A DNA stretch of 64,000 nt from positions 751,219-815,218 of the forward strand of contig JAVZCZ010000001.1 in NCBI GenBank assembly GCA_038874135.1. Direction: 5' to 3'. Shown piece by piece: positions 9,637-21,600 of the stretch. This stretch comes from Candidatus Woesearchaeota archaeon. Lineage in GTDB: Archaea > Nanobdellota > Nanobdellia > Woesearchaeales > 0-14-0-80-44-23. A program made the position numbers and the translations under genes. Each line of letters opens with the position of its first letter. Position 1 is the stretch's first letter. The notes beneath the pieces are model-generated. The model ran no database searches. It was not told the DNA's origin and saw nothing but the letters and a program-made list of their open reading frames with translations.

Positions 9637-10457
9637 AGTCAAAAAAATCAGTTAAGTATAGAGCGAGAGTTCACAATAAGGCTAACTCAAGCAAGAAAGA
9701 TTTGAGAAAAAAGAAGGTTCGCATTGAGAGAAAAAATAGCACTAAAACAATTAGTAAAGAAACATCACCTAAAAAATCCAAAGCTTACTTAAAAAAGCGA
9801 TTTGGCAAGATTGATAACAGAGTTATTAAAAATAAAAATAATAAAGTAAAACCAGGAGCTTTAAAGCACAGAAAAAAAGAGAAGAAGCAGAATGTTCAAA
9901 AAAGAAGAAAAGCAATGCAAAAAAAGCCAGCGCCTGAAAACGCAGCCGCAGCAACCAACCAAGTACAGACAAATACGACTTCAACAGCTCAGCAGGCAAA
10001 TTCTCAAATTGAAACACATTCAGATGTGGAAGCGCTTCAAAAAGAATACTCAGATATCAACAGCTATCTGGTTCAGCGAAGAAAAGCGGGAGTTGACACC
10101 TTCATACAGGAACTGAAACTTTTTTCAATACCGTCAAAAATTCAGCTTTTAAAGGCAGAATACTCAAAAGATTATGCTGACAAGATTAGAGTTCAACTTA
10201 ATGAGATTAGAGAAGAGTTAGAAAAAGCAGAACCTCAACCGACCCCCCTTGACCTTCCTAAAGTTCAGCCGAACCAGCCGAATCCATTCTCAGAGCAACA
10301 GCTCACAAGTCAGAATAATAATCATCCCTTAACGCAGGATGCAGAAAACTATTCAAAAGAACTAGCTGAGAAGCGCCTTTCAAATAAAATAAAAAATTCT
10401 CTGAGAAATGCTTCCAAAAAAGTTATGTCCATATTCAAAAAAGGAGGTGGAAATTAG
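9633..10457 (+). CDS. Lys-rich low-complexity protein
   Basis: 274 aa, K/N/Q-rich, with an ATGA start/stop overlap with the upstream gene. No recognisable domain. Confidence 0.4.
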   Translation: MKSKKSVKYRARVHNKANSSKKDLRKKKVRIERKNSTKTISKETSPKKSKAYLKKRFGKIDNRVIKNKNNKVKPGALKHRKKEKKQNVQKRRKAMQKKPAPENAAAATNQVQTNTTSTAQQANSQIETHSDVEALQKEYSDINSYLVQRRKAGVDTFIQELKLFSIPSKIQLLKAEYSKDYADKIRVQLNEIREELEKAEPQPTPLDLPKVQPNQPNPFSEQQLTSQNNNHPLTQDAENYSKELAEKRLSNKIKNSLRNASKKVMSIFKKGGGN

Positions 10458-11615
10458 ATGTTCAACCTTTTCAAACGGAAAAACTCTGAAGAAGTTCCCA
10501 ATCAACAATCAGCTAACGAAGATCTGACAGCTCCAGCACAAACCCAGCAAACTGCTACTACGCAAGGACAGGAAAACCTCGCTGCAGAATTAATGAAGAT
10601 TAAGGCAGAAGTGGAAGCATTTTCAGATGTAAGAAAAGCCACAAATGAGAAACTTACAAGACTAAGCGAGCAGATTGGAGAGCTAAGAGCAATGATTGCA
10701 GACAGAGACAAGGTGATGAATCAGATAGAGGTTAAAGCTACAAAGGCAGCAGATCTCGTAGCCACAGTTAAGCCTGAAGAGCAGATGGTAGAAATAAAGC
10801 GTCAGGATGCAAAACTTGAAGCGTTTAAAGCATCTCTGGAGAGCAATGAACTTTTGATGAAGAGAGTTTTAGACGAACTTAAAGAGATGAGAACAAAGAT
10901 AGCTTCCTTCCGCGGAATTGAGGAACTAATCAACCTTAACAATGAAGTAAAATCTGAAATAATTGAAATAAAAAAGGTTGAAGCAAACATACAAAAGCAT
11001 GCAGACAAGGTAGAAACGATATTTGCAGAGGTTCAGAAAAGATTCGTTGACTTTACAAAAATTGATGATAGGATAGCATCCAACACGAAGCAAATAGCAG
11101 AGCTATCAAAGAACTTGGACGGAGTGAAGGCAACTGCCTCGGCAGCAGCCACAAAAAAGAGTGTAGATGAACTAACTTCCAAATTCTTAGAAATGAAAGA
11201 CCAACTCTCAGAACTGGTTTCAACAATAAACAAGCGCCTCTCCTTAGTGGAGAAGAACAATTCTGCAGCATTTGAAGCTTTTGAAAAAGCGATAATGCAC
11301 AAGTTTAAACTTTCAAAAGAGGAAGTAGCTGTATTTAAAGAGCAAGTACAGCAGAATCAGCAAGCCCAGCCAACTCAGCAAATATCCCAGCCGCAGGATG
11401 TCTCTCAAAAGAGCAATACTCAAGAGCAAAATCTTCAGACCAGTGAAGCACCCGAAGCTCTACCACAGCCGCAAGCCTCTCAGCAGGTTCAGCAGCCGCA
11501 GAGTGAGCCAAATGAGCAAGACTCAAAAAAGCCTGACAGCAGCATTCAGAAAGAGATAAGAGAAGCAGCCAAGTTTGCTAAAAGGATAAAAAGCAAAAAA
11601 AGAAAGAAGAAATGA
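10458..11615 (+). CDS. Coiled-coil protein with a Q-rich C-terminus
   Basis: 385 aa with a heptad-like E/K/L-rich central region and a Q/P-rich tail. It abuts the upstream stop. Confidence 0.45.
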   Translation: MFNLFKRKNSEEVPNQQSANEDLTAPAQTQQTATTQGQENLAAELMKIKAEVEAFSDVRKATNEKLTRLSEQIGELRAMIADRDKVMNQIEVKATKAADLVATVKPEEQMVEIKRQDAKLEAFKASLESNELLMKRVLDELKEMRTKIASFRGIEELINLNNEVKSEIIEIKKVEANIQKHADKVETIFAEVQKRFVDFTKIDDRIASNTKQIAELSKNLDGVKATASAAATKKSVDELTSKFLEMKDQLSELVSTINKRLSLVEKNNSAAFEAFEKAIMHKFKLSKEEVAVFKEQVQQNQQAQPTQQISQPQDVSQKSNTQEQNLQTSEAPEALPQPQASQQVQQPQSEPNEQDSKKPDSSIQKEIREAAKFAKRIKSKKRKKK

Positions 11616-14600
11616 ATAGCTCCAAATTTTTCAAACTAATAATTTTAGGGTTTATAATAGTGGTAGGTCTCCTAAGCCAGTCAAAAGCAGACAGCATCCA
11701 AGCAGTATATGGCAATACTCAACTCATACTCACAGACAAGCCGCAGTACACTTTGGGAGAAAGTGTAAAGATAAACATACTAATCCCAACACAACTGCTT
11801 TCAGGAATGAATGTTGAAATAGATACCCCTGCTAGCAGATACCAACTTCTTGATTCAAATCTTTCAGAAGTATACTTCACTCCACAGCAAGAGGGAAACT
11901 ATACTATTAAAATATCTTCAGCAGCTGGGAATTTAATATCATCAACTTCTTTTTTAGTACTAAGAAAATCTGAAGTTGAAATTCCCTCATCAGATAGCAC
12001 CAGCCCCAAATTGTCTGCAAAAAACTGGAAGGGAAATTATCAAAAAATACTAAGACAGGAATACCTACCTGCCAACAAGAAGCTTTCAATAGAATTCTCA
12101 GAACTTTCAATACAGAAGATTGATTTTTACAATGTTTCAAATCCGAATGGAGAACTGAAAATAGAAGATGTGCCTCTATCTTATGTTGAAAACTTTTCAG
12201 GAAGAGCAGCGCGCTCATTTGCAATAGACCCAACTTTATTAGAATTTACTTATGCTGAAATTTACTTTACTGCAACTGCCAACGAGCTGTGGAAGTGCCG
12301 CGAATACGACTTCTCAACTAGAAGCTGCGCGGGAAGATATGTAAAAATAATGGACACCATTCCGGGCAGGCAGTATATCTTACACCTCACCAAAGAGGAT
12401 CCTCTCTACACAGAAGTATGGAACAATATAACCTGCACCTGCCAGAATACAGGCCCAAATAACGGCTGGGCATACTGCGAGGTATTCTGTCCGGTCAACA
12501 TTCCAATACCAACAGACGCTTTAGATGGATTCATTCAGATACTAGGCTATAATGTCACCATCACTACATCCTACCCGGCAGGCGGGTACATCACGCCTAA
12601 TTCTGGAATGCACTACGGCTTCTTTGATAGGGACCAGCTGAAAAGCAACGGAAACGAATCCCTAATAGGCTATGTGGCTTATGATGGCCCCGGAACAACC
12701 ACTCAGCTCATATACAACACCAGCATGGCACCGTCTGGAGCATATGCATTTAACAGGGCAAACTGCCCGACTTGGACCTCAGGATACTGCACCTGGTATG
12801 TATTTCTCAACTCAACTGCAAAGAGCAGCAAGGTTAAAAGGCCTGTGACTGTTAATATAACTCTTAATAGCATAAACTGGACTTGGAATTATACAACCCC
12901 TGCGCCTTCAAACATTACAATAAACCTTACAAGTCCAGCAGACAATACTGCCCTCGGATTTAGAAATGTGAATTTTTCCTATATTCCCATTTCAAGTTCT
13001 CCAGTTTCAAACTGCAGCCTTTTTATAAACATTACAGGTAGTTGGAATGCAGTTGCCACAAGCTACTCAATACAAAATAATTCTGTCAACAGTATAAATT
13101 ATACTCTTTCTAACGATGGCGAATACCTCTGGAATATCAGGTGTTATGCTGGAGACATCAGCAGTTTTGCACTATACAACAGAACTCTAATAGTTGATAC
13201 CGCACCCCCTTCAGTCACACTTCTTTCTCCTAACAATAACTCATTTTCTAACACATCTATAATCTCTTTCATTTACAATGTGAGTGACAACTTTAACATT
13301 GCTAACTGCTCATTAATACTGGACAATGTTCTAGTTGCAACTTCATACGCAGTTACTAAATATGTCCCGCAGAATATTACCTACGCGTTATCTAATGGCG
13401 TCCACAACTGGAGCATAACTTGTTTTGACTTTGCAGGCAATTTTAACATTTCCGAAAGTAGGATCATAAATATATCCGCAGTACCTACCATCTGGGACAG
13501 AAGGTGGTATGAAACTTCAACATCAGATTATACCTCTACAGCAAACATTTCTCTCGCAAATTTAAGGGACTCAACAGAAAATTCCATATCCGTTTCAGTT
13601 CCAGTTTCAACATCTTACACCCTTGTAGATGCGATTTCTCCATACATTGGAAGCAACGGGGCATTCGTTCCCAAAGGCACAAATGTATCTTTCAGCGGAG
13701 AATTCTCTACCAGCCCAAATGCAAAGGGAGTTATAAGCTGGTTCTTATACCAGACTGAGGGTTCAACAAAAAACCTTCTCTGTAATTACGGAAATGGCGG
13801 CTCGCTAGGCGCACCCATCTCATCAACAACAACTGCAAGCTGCACTATACAAAATGACACTCTAATGCTCCCAACAAATAGATTACAACTTATTATAATC
13901 TACTATAACAATTTCAAAAATTTAGTGTCTGTAACCCACTATTGGGATGGCACTAGGCTCTCGTTCGTTGAATTTTCAAACTTTACTACCTTAGGAACAT
14001 TAAGCGTTGACCTCTCCTATCCAGACACGGATATAACAGTGGGCCAGAACGAACTGTTCAATATGAGCTGCACAGTTAACTGCTCAGGAGGAAGCTGTCT
14101 TAACACACTCGTCTATGCACAGTATAACACGAGCTCAACGGCATTCACCAACATAGGAAGCTCCGGAAATCTCATTCTTAACACTGGAGAGACAAATCCC
14201 CATTCTCTCGGGAATATCAACCAGAGCTACACTACAACATTCTTAATAAAAGGAAACCTTGCATCAACAAACAACATAAGATGCGTAGCAGTTTCAAACT
14301 ATTCAAACGCTACAGGCCAGATTATAAGAAGGGTAGTTGTGGGGGACACTACGCCTCCAACAGTAAGTCTTGGAAATCCAGCAAACTTTTCTTGGCTGAA
14401 GAGTAAAACAGTAACAATCTATTACACGCCCTCAGACAACAGCGGAATTACTAACTGTTCAATATACTTGAATGATATTTTGAATTATACTCTTAATTCA
14501 GTTCCGAACGGGATTGAGCAGAACTTCACATTCCATAATCTTTCAGACGGACTTTACAATTGGACTGTAGCATGTACTGACAATTCGGCACTAACTACCA

Positions 14601-17600
14601 GGGCAGCTGAAAAATGGTTCTATATAGACACACAGAATCCCTCAGTAGAATTGCACCAGCCGGAAAACTTCATAGTTCTAGGAAGCAGCCTTGTGTTGTT
14701 CAACTTCACTGCATATGACGAAATGGCTTTCAACCTATCATGTAACCTGACAGCTGATAATATAATCAGAATTTCCGGCATAAACTCTCTAAACAGTACA
14801 CCTACAATAGTTAATTACACCCTTTCTATGGGGCAGCACTACTGGAATGTCACCTGTAGAGACCTTGCAGGAAACATTAACACGAGCGAGACTAGAACAT
14901 TTAATATAACAAACACTCCTCCTGAAGTTACCCTCATCTCCCCTCCTAACAACTACTGGGATAGAATAGGCAACATAACATTCATATTTAATGCCACAGA
15001 CACAGGCCTAATTTCAAACTGCTCACTAATAATAAATGGCCAGCTGAACCAGACTAAAAATTCAACTTTCTTAACTAACGGCATAAACAACTTTACTATT
15101 CTAAATATGGAATCGGGAGTTTATCTTTGGGAAGTAAACTGTACTGATGAGGGAAACCTGAGCACAATAGCAGGACCTTTCACGCTAAATGTTGATAAGA
15201 GCGTACCTTCTGTTCAGCTCGTATTCCCATCAAACTACTACAACTCCTCAGCTTCCTCTATTGTTCTGCAATTCATAACTACAGATGCTCATTCAGCAAA
15301 CCTCTCCTGCAACTTAACAATTGATGGCATTCTAAATTCAACAGACATAATAGCCCAAAATAATAGTTTAGTCTCACAGCCCATAACCTTCTATGATGGA
15401 ATTCACAATTGGAGTGTCTCCTGCTCTGATCTTGCTGGAAACCTGAATTCTACAAACACCTGGTATTTCAACATTTCAGAAAAACCTTCAGTATCGCTAA
15501 GCAGTCCTGCACCTAACGCCTGGACTAATGGTAATGTCACTTTCACATTTACAGCGTCTGACAATGACGGGCTTTACAACTGCTCTTTATTAATAAATGG
15601 AGCAGTCTATCAAACAAAGAATTCATCGCAACTTACAAATGGCGGACAGAACAACTTCACTGTAACAAATTTGCTTGAAGGAATAAACCAGCAGTGGACA
15701 GTAATCTGCTTTGATTTGGGAATATACAAGAACTTCTACTCACCATCTACAAGAATATTCCATGTGGATAAAACGCCTCCAGCAATAACTCTTAACTACC
15801 CTGCTGATTCAGCTCAGATAAAACAGAAGAATGTCAGCTTTAATTTCAGCGCCTCAGATAACTTCGCTTCTAACCTCTATTGCAACCTGTCCATAAACGG
15901 CCAGATTAACACTTCTGAAATAGCTGTTCAGTCAGGAAGTTCAGTTATCGTGAATGTTTCAGGATTTCCTAACGGTTTATACTACTGGAATGTCTCCTGT
16001 AGGGATTATGCTTACAATGTGAACTGGAGCGAGACAAATTCTTTTAATGTTTCAGTTCCTCCAGAGGTGTTTTTAGAATACCCCCTTGAAGGGCAGTGGG
16101 ACAATTCTGAGAATGTAACATTTTATTACTTAGTAACATCAAATGCAGAGTTACAGTCATGTTCTCTCATAATTAACGGGCAGTTAAATCAGACTGACAA
16201 TTCTCCAGTTAGTTCAGCATACAACAATTTTACCATTTTCCTAATGCCTGAAGGCTATTACACTTGGATGGTAAACTGCACTGATTCATATTGGCTAACC
16301 GGTTCTTCAAATTTGAGGAACCTCACCATTGACAGACAAGCTCCTTGGATAGTGCTAAATTCTCCTTCTAATTCTTCAATTGTTGACTCTAACTATGTAA
16401 CATTTAACTGGACTGCTTTTGACATGATGGCAGATAATATAAGCTGTGACCTATACGTAGATGATTATTTAAGAGAATCAGAAATATATTCTAAAAATGG
16501 AACACCTACCACTAGAACATACATATACTCTGACGGCACCTACTATTGGAATGTTTCATGTCGCGACCCTGCCTATAACATTAATTGGAGCCAAACTTAT
16601 AATTTCACTGTTGAGGCACCTCCAAATGTCACTCTCATAAGTCCTTCTAACTATAACTGGAGCACCGCTTATAGTATAACTTTTGCTTACTTACCTCAAG
16701 ACCCAATAGGGATAAGACAATGCACACTCTACTTTGATGGAAGCCCTAATCAGACTGATTACGACATAGAAGCTAACCAGCTGAATTATTTCACTATAAA
16801 TCCTATAAGTGAGGGAGTTCATACTTGGAGTGTTAACTGCACTGATTCAGATTGGAATACTTACATGCCGCCAGCCTTTACTCTTTATATTGACCGCACC
16901 CCGCCAACAATTGTTATAGAATCTCCTGTCAACCTGTCTGTTTTTTCAATTCCAGATGTAACCTTCAACTTTACTGCGATTGACATGTTATCAGATAATA
17001 TTTCGTGCAAAATAACTATAAATGGTAATTTGAACAGAACTATAACAGTACAGAATGATACTCCTTACAATTTCACGATTGTAAAAATGTCAGATAATAT
17101 CTATTATTGGAATGTGTCCTGCTCAGATTTAGCCGGAAATGCAAATGCTAGCAACACCATGCAGTTTACTGTAAGCGCTATTCCTTCAATAATTCCCATA
17201 TCGCCTGCCAACTTAAGTTGGAGTGAAGTATCACAGATAACATTTTACTTTAATGCAACCGACAACGATGGGCTTTCTAATTGCACTTTACTAATTAATG
17301 GTGTAGCAAATCAGACAAAATCTTCAGGTTTAATAAATGGTGGCATAAACAATATCACTTCTACTCTTACTGAAGGAGAATATGATTGGAGTATCGCTTG
17401 TACAGATTCGGGCATATTCTATAATCTCAACTTGTCCGCTCCTCAAAAGATTTTTGTTGATCTAAATTCCCCGCTGATTGTTCTTTACGCCCCTCTCAGC
17501 GGTAGCATTACTGAAAATAATTCTCCAGTTCTAAATTTTACTGCTTCAGACACGATGTACCCAATTATGTATTGCAACATTACTCTTGACGGAAAATTGA

Positions 17601-18652
17601 AACAATCTTATATTGAATTATATAACAACACACCTTATGCAGAAGCTACCTATAATTTATCTGCAGGAACTCATTACTGGAATGTTAGCTGCTGGGACTA
17701 TGTAAACCATACGGGCTTTAGCGAAACCTGGAACTTTACAGTTCCACTGCCAGACATCACAGTTTCAGCAATTGAATTCATTTATAATACCACAAACCCA
17801 GAAGAAGGCAAACAGCTGATGATAAATGCAACTGTAGAAAATTTAGGGAAGTCCAATGCAAACAATTTCTTAGTGCAATTCTTTGACGGAAATCCCGAAG
17901 ATGGGGGAATTCAGATTGGAAACAATATAACAATGAGTTTACAGCCGCTATCTGCTTCATACGCAATTATGAATTGGACTGCCTCCTTGGGAACTCACAA
18001 TATATTCGTGCTAGTAGATCCTCCAATAGCAACCAATGGAACGGTACAAGAAGAAAATGAGAGTAACAACATAGCTAATAAAACAATACTCATACAAAGT
18101 TGGCATTTCATCTACGGTAACCTTAGCGGAGAATTAGGACTTAGCAGCCAGCTCTATTCGCTGTTATTCCTCTGGAATGTTAGCGACGCCAACAATAGTA
18201 ATATATTTGCAGTTGACTCTGACAGCAATATTGATTGGGGAAGTCTAAAACCATTAGGATTGGATGTGAATAATCAAGCATCTCCCTACGACTTTTCAGT
18301 TCTAGACCAAAAACTAGGTATGTCAAATTATGAAGATTCAATAAACTCAACTTACACCGAGGGAGAATCTCCCAAAATGACAGAAACATTTACAATATAC
18401 GGAAAGCAGATAGAAAATGTTCCGGTAGCATATTCAATTAACAGCTCCAATTTTAAAACAGGAATACTGTGGGACACTTCCGATGGGAACACATACTTTA
18501 ACGGAACTCAGGATGTAGTTTTTGTAACTAAAACCAATATGAACGCACAGGGCAGTTTTGATCAGACAGACTACGAAATGCGCATCCCATCTAACTTGAA
18601 AAATTATATTGGCTCAAATCCAACAGTAGCATTATACTTAGAGATAAGATGA
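11612..18652 (+). CDS. Giant secreted adhesin-like protein with ~19 tandem Ig-like repeats, a CARDB domain and a conserved C-terminal module
   Basis: 2346 aa with an N-terminal signal peptide. The repeated ~95-aa units carry NCSL...W(N)V.C.D.AGN. A CARDB-like block follows (ITVSAIEF...NESNN). The last ~180 aa are homologous to the C-terminus of the 18649 protein. Confidence 0.75.
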   Translation: MNSSKFFKLIILGFIIVVGLLSQSKADSIQAVYGNTQLILTDKPQYTLGESVKINILIPTQLLSGMNVEIDTPASRYQLLDSNLSEVYFTPQQEGNYTIKISSAAGNLISSTSFLVLRKSEVEIPSSDSTSPKLSAKNWKGNYQKILRQEYLPANKKLSIEFSELSIQKIDFYNVSNPNGELKIEDVPLSYVENFSGRAARSFAIDPTLLEFTYAEIYFTATANELWKCREYDFSTRSCAGRYVKIMDTIPGRQYILHLTKEDPLYTEVWNNITCTCQNTGPNNGWAYCEVFCPVNIPIPTDALDGFIQILGYNVTITTSYPAGGYITPNSGMHYGFFDRDQLKSNGNESLIGYVAYDGPGTTTQLIYNTSMAPSGAYAFNRANCPTWTSGYCTWYVFLNSTAKSSKVKRPVTVNITLNSINWTWNYTTPAPSNITINLTSPADNTALGFRNVNFSYIPISSSPVSNCSLFINITGSWNAVATSYSIQNNSVNSINYTLSNDGEYLWNIRCYAGDISSFALYNRTLIVDTAPPSVTLLSPNNNSFSNTSIISFIYNVSDNFNIANCSLILDNVLVATSYAVTKYVPQNITYALSNGVHNWSITCFDFAGNFNISESRIINISAVPTIWDRRWYETSTSDYTSTANISLANLRDSTENSISVSVPVSTSYTLVDAISPYIGSNGAFVPKGTNVSFSGEFSTSPNAKGVISWFLYQTEGSTKNLLCNYGNGGSLGAPISSTTTASCTIQNDTLMLPTNRLQLIIIYYNNFKNLVSVTHYWDGTRLSFVEFSNFTTLGTLSVDLSYPDTDITVGQNELFNMSCTVNCSGGSCLNTLVYAQYNTSSTAFTNIGSSGNLILNTGETNPHSLGNINQSYTTTFLIKGNLASTNNIRCVAVSNYSNATGQIIRRVVVGDTTPPTVSLGNPANFSWLKSKTVTIYYTPSDNSGITNCSIYLNDILNYTLNSVPNGIEQNFTFHNLSDGLYNWTVACTDNSALTTRAAEKWFYIDTQNPSVELHQPENFIVLGSSLVLFNFTAYDEMAFNLSCNLTADNIIRISGINSLNSTPTIVNYTLSMGQHYWNVTCRDLAGNINTSETRTFNITNTPPEVTLISPPNNYWDRIGNITFIFNATDTGLISNCSLIINGQLNQTKNSTFLTNGINNFTILNMESGVYLWEVNCTDEGNLSTIAGPFTLNVDKSVPSVQLVFPSNYYNSSASSIVLQFITTDAHSANLSCNLTIDGILNSTDIIAQNNSLVSQPITFYDGIHNWSVSCSDLAGNLNSTNTWYFNISEKPSVSLSSPAPNAWTNGNVTFTFTASDNDGLYNCSLLINGAVYQTKNSSQLTNGGQNNFTVTNLLEGINQQWTVICFDLGIYKNFYSPSTRIFHVDKTPPAITLNYPADSAQIKQKNVSFNFSASDNFASNLYCNLSINGQINTSEIAVQSGSSVIVNVSGFPNGLYYWNVSCRDYAYNVNWSETNSFNVSVPPEVFLEYPLEGQWDNSENVTFYYLVTSNAELQSCSLIINGQLNQTDNSPVSSAYNNFTIFLMPEGYYTWMVNCTDSYWLTGSSNLRNLTIDRQAPWIVLNSPSNSSIVDSNYVTFNWTAFDMMADNISCDLYVDDYLRESEIYSKNGTPTTRTYIYSDGTYYWNVSCRDPAYNINWSQTYNFTVEAPPNVTLISPSNYNWSTAYSITFAYLPQDPIGIRQCTLYFDGSPNQTDYDIEANQLNYFTINPISEGVHTWSVNCTDSDWNTYMPPAFTLYIDRTPPTIVIESPVNLSVFSIPDVTFNFTAIDMLSDNISCKITINGNLNRTITVQNDTPYNFTIVKMSDNIYYWNVSCSDLAGNANASNTMQFTVSAIPSIIPISPANLSWSEVSQITFYFNATDNDGLSNCTLLINGVANQTKSSGLINGGINNITSTLTEGEYDWSIACTDSGIFYNLNLSAPQKIFVDLNSPLIVLYAPLSGSITENNSPVLNFTASDTMYPIMYCNITLDGKLKQSYIELYNNTPYAEATYNLSAGTHYWNVSCWDYVNHTGFSETWNFTVPLPDITVSAIEFIYNTTNPEEGKQLMINATVENLGKSNANNFLVQFFDGNPEDGGIQIGNNITMSLQPLSASYAIMNWTASLGTHNIFVLVDPPIATNGTVQEENESNNIANKTILIQSWHFIYGNLSGELGLSSQLYSLLFLWNVSDANNSNIFAVDSDSNIDWGSLKPLGLDVNNQASPYDFSVLDQKLGMSNYEDSINSTYTEGESPKMTETFTIYGKQIENVPVAYSINSSNFKTGILWDTSDGNTYFNGTQDVVFVTKTNMNAQGSFDQTDYEMRIPSNLKNYIGSNPTVALYLEIR

Positions 18653-21600
18653 AACGCAGCATAACTTTTGGAATAATTTTTCTACTTTTAATAGCATTAT
18701 CTCTAAAAATTTCCAGTGCGAGCTGTCCGGAAATAATACTTTCATCCAACACCACTATAAAAGATGTAGATATAAAAATAAAAGTTTCAGGGCAGACACA
18801 AGAGTCAGAATTAGTGATAAGAACGCCTTCAGGTCCGTATCGTCTTTTAGGAGATATTCCTTCCCTTACAAGCTTTACTCCAAAAGATGTAGGTAACTAC
18901 TCTGTTGAAGTTTGGCAGGACAAAGTGCTGTGTGACATAAAAAATTTTACCGCACTACCTCACAATAACTCGACACTATTCCTTCCGCCAATACTTTCCA
19001 CAGATAAAAAAGAATACCACTTAGGTGAAGCTGTTAGAATTTCACTCTCACCAGAATATTACGGTTACTCAATTGAAGGTTTAAATTTAAAACTGTTGAC
19101 AGGACAGCAATCCTACTCTCTCTTAGGGGAAATATCTGAGGATATAGAATTCCGACCTGTTTTTGAGGGTAACTATACAATTCTCTTATTAGACTCCATT
19201 GGAAATACTCTTGCTTCTGAAAGCTTTTCCGTCTACGCTTTGAATAGTTACTTTGTTAATAACTTATCTATTAAAAAACGATTTTCGGACAAATTTGAAT
19301 ACAACATCAGCACTAATTCAGAAGACATGATTGTTGAATTCTCAAACTCCTTCATTAAAAGACTAAACCTAAAGAAACTATCTTCAAGTAATCTGGCGAT
19401 AGTTAGGATTTCAGAGTTACTGCCGGAAGAGAGGAGCCGTCTGAATATTCCTACAATTGGAGGTGAAATTAAAGAATCTTTTGAATTAGATCCTTCCGCC
19501 CTAAACTTTTCAGAAGGTGAACTAACAATTGTCCCTTCAGGAAATGAGCTGTGGAAGTGCACTGATTGGAATTATGATGCTCAGTATTGTGTCGGAAGTT
19601 GGATCAAGCAGCAGAATCTTGTTCCCGGTGTTGAAAATGTAATTAAGTTTAACCTTTCCGATCCAGGATATGCTATTGTTGCAACTGCTAACATAACTTC
19701 AATAGCAGCAGCAACCCTCTCTGAAAACTCTTTTGTAGTAGCATATTGCGATGATACAAATGATAGAACTGCTTTCAAGGTTTTCTGGGCTAATGGGAGT
19801 GTAAGAACTAATGAGGTGATAGTTGATTCAACTACTGGAAATTGTGGTTACACCTCAGTTTCTGTTTCAGCACTTACCAACAACTCTTTTGTTATCGGAT
19901 GGATTGATACTGCCAGCAGTTATGCCAGCTTCGCTGTTTATGATGCCTCTGGAAATGTTATTACTCCAAGGGTGGATGTGGATACTACTGCTGGTACTTC
20001 CCGTTCTGTGAGTGTGTCTGCTTTTAATAGTTCTGCTTTTGTTTTTGGTTGGTATGATCAGGCTTCTGCTTATGCTTCTTTTAGGACTTTTAGTTCTTCT
20101 GGTGTGGCTATTTCTTCTGTTGTTAATGTGGATACTACTGCTGGTACTTGTAATGCTGTTTCTGTTTCTGCGGTTAATTCTTCTGCTTTTGTTTTTGGCT
20201 GGTATGATCAGGCTTCTTCTGATATGACTTTTCGTACTTATACTTCTTCTGGCGTTGCGATTTCTGCCGTGACTGATGTGAATACTAAGGTGGGTACTGG
20301 TTCTTTTTCTGTTTCTGTTGCTGCTTATAATTCTAGTGCTTTTGTTATTGTTTGGTATGATCAGAGGCTGGGTTATGTTAGTTTTCGTCAGTATTCTGTT
20401 GCTGGTGTTCAGATTGGGAGTCAGGTTAATCCGGATACTGCTGTTGGGACTACTGCTTCTGGTGTTTTTGTTTCTTCTGTTGGTGTGAATTCTAGTGTTT
20501 TTGCTGTGGGTTGGAATGATTTGACTACTGATGTTGTTAGTTCTGTGAGGACTTATAGTGGTGCTGGTGCTGCTGTTTCTTCTGAGGTGGTTGTGCAGGC
20601 TAATGCTTTGAAGTATAATGCTCTTGCCGGCTACTACCCTGCTACAGGCATAGGTTTCTGCAATGGAAACTTTGTAGCAATAATTGTTAATACTTCTTCG
20701 CAGGCATTTTTTAAAGCATACATGCCTAATGGAAGCGAATGGGACGGAAACTGTCCTGATGTTATACCGCCTCAAGTTGTTCTGAATAGTCCTCAGCAAG
20801 CCGCTGTCTTCTATAGTGATACTGTGGATTTTAATTTTACAGTAACCGACAATGTAGATTTAGTAATTCCAAACTGTACCCTTTGGATAAACACTTCATC
20901 AACATTCTCTCCAAACATAACAATTTACAATATAACCTCTAATAAGATGAACAACATAACTCTATCTCAAATTCCAGACAACAAATACATTTGGAATGTC
21001 AGGTGTTATGACAATGCAGGCAACTCAGCATTTGCTTCTTCAAATTTTTCATTATTTATCAACAAGAATCCACCTCAAATCTTGAACCCCCTCCTGAATG
21101 AAAGTACAGTAAATCAGAGCCATTCAGTAAAGTTTAATGTCTCAATAACCGATTCATATGGTATAGACTCTGCATATATAACTATGATGTACCCAAACGG
21201 TTCATCAAATAATTATTATCTTAATAGAAGTGGGAATGAATTTTACTTCATAATTAATAATACAATCCAGATAGGAACATATTCTGTGATATATGTGTGG
21301 GCTAATGATACCCTCGGACAAAACTCTTCTCTAACCCTTTCAGATCTCCAGTTTAATGTCACGCCTTCACCACCTGCTCAATTCAACCTTTTAAGTCCCC
21401 CGAATGCAACAGAGTCAACAAACCTGCGACCAAACTTGACTTGGGAGACATCTTACGATGAGACATTCCTTAATTATACTATTCAGATTTCTCAGGATGA
21501 AAACTTCGCAACAGTACTCTTTACATATTATAATCCGGGTGTTTATAATACTTCAAGAGTGCTGGATTATGCCCTAGAAGCGAATAAGAAATATTACTGG

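Noticed and set aside
9540-10457. Poly-Lys and Asn tracts that might suggest a mobile-element or plasmid partition protein
   Set aside because: No ParA/ParB, integrase or replication motifs. These are treated as low-complexity cytoplasmic tails typical of AT-rich genomes.
19867-20799. 310-aa minus-strand ORF, plus 71-aa plus-strand ORFs at 20012-20227 and 30593-30808 and a 274-aa minus ORF at 30460-31284
   Set aside because: These are the same compositional artefact inside the second GT-rich cassette. They lie antisense to or out of frame with clearly homologous beta-propeller coding sequence.
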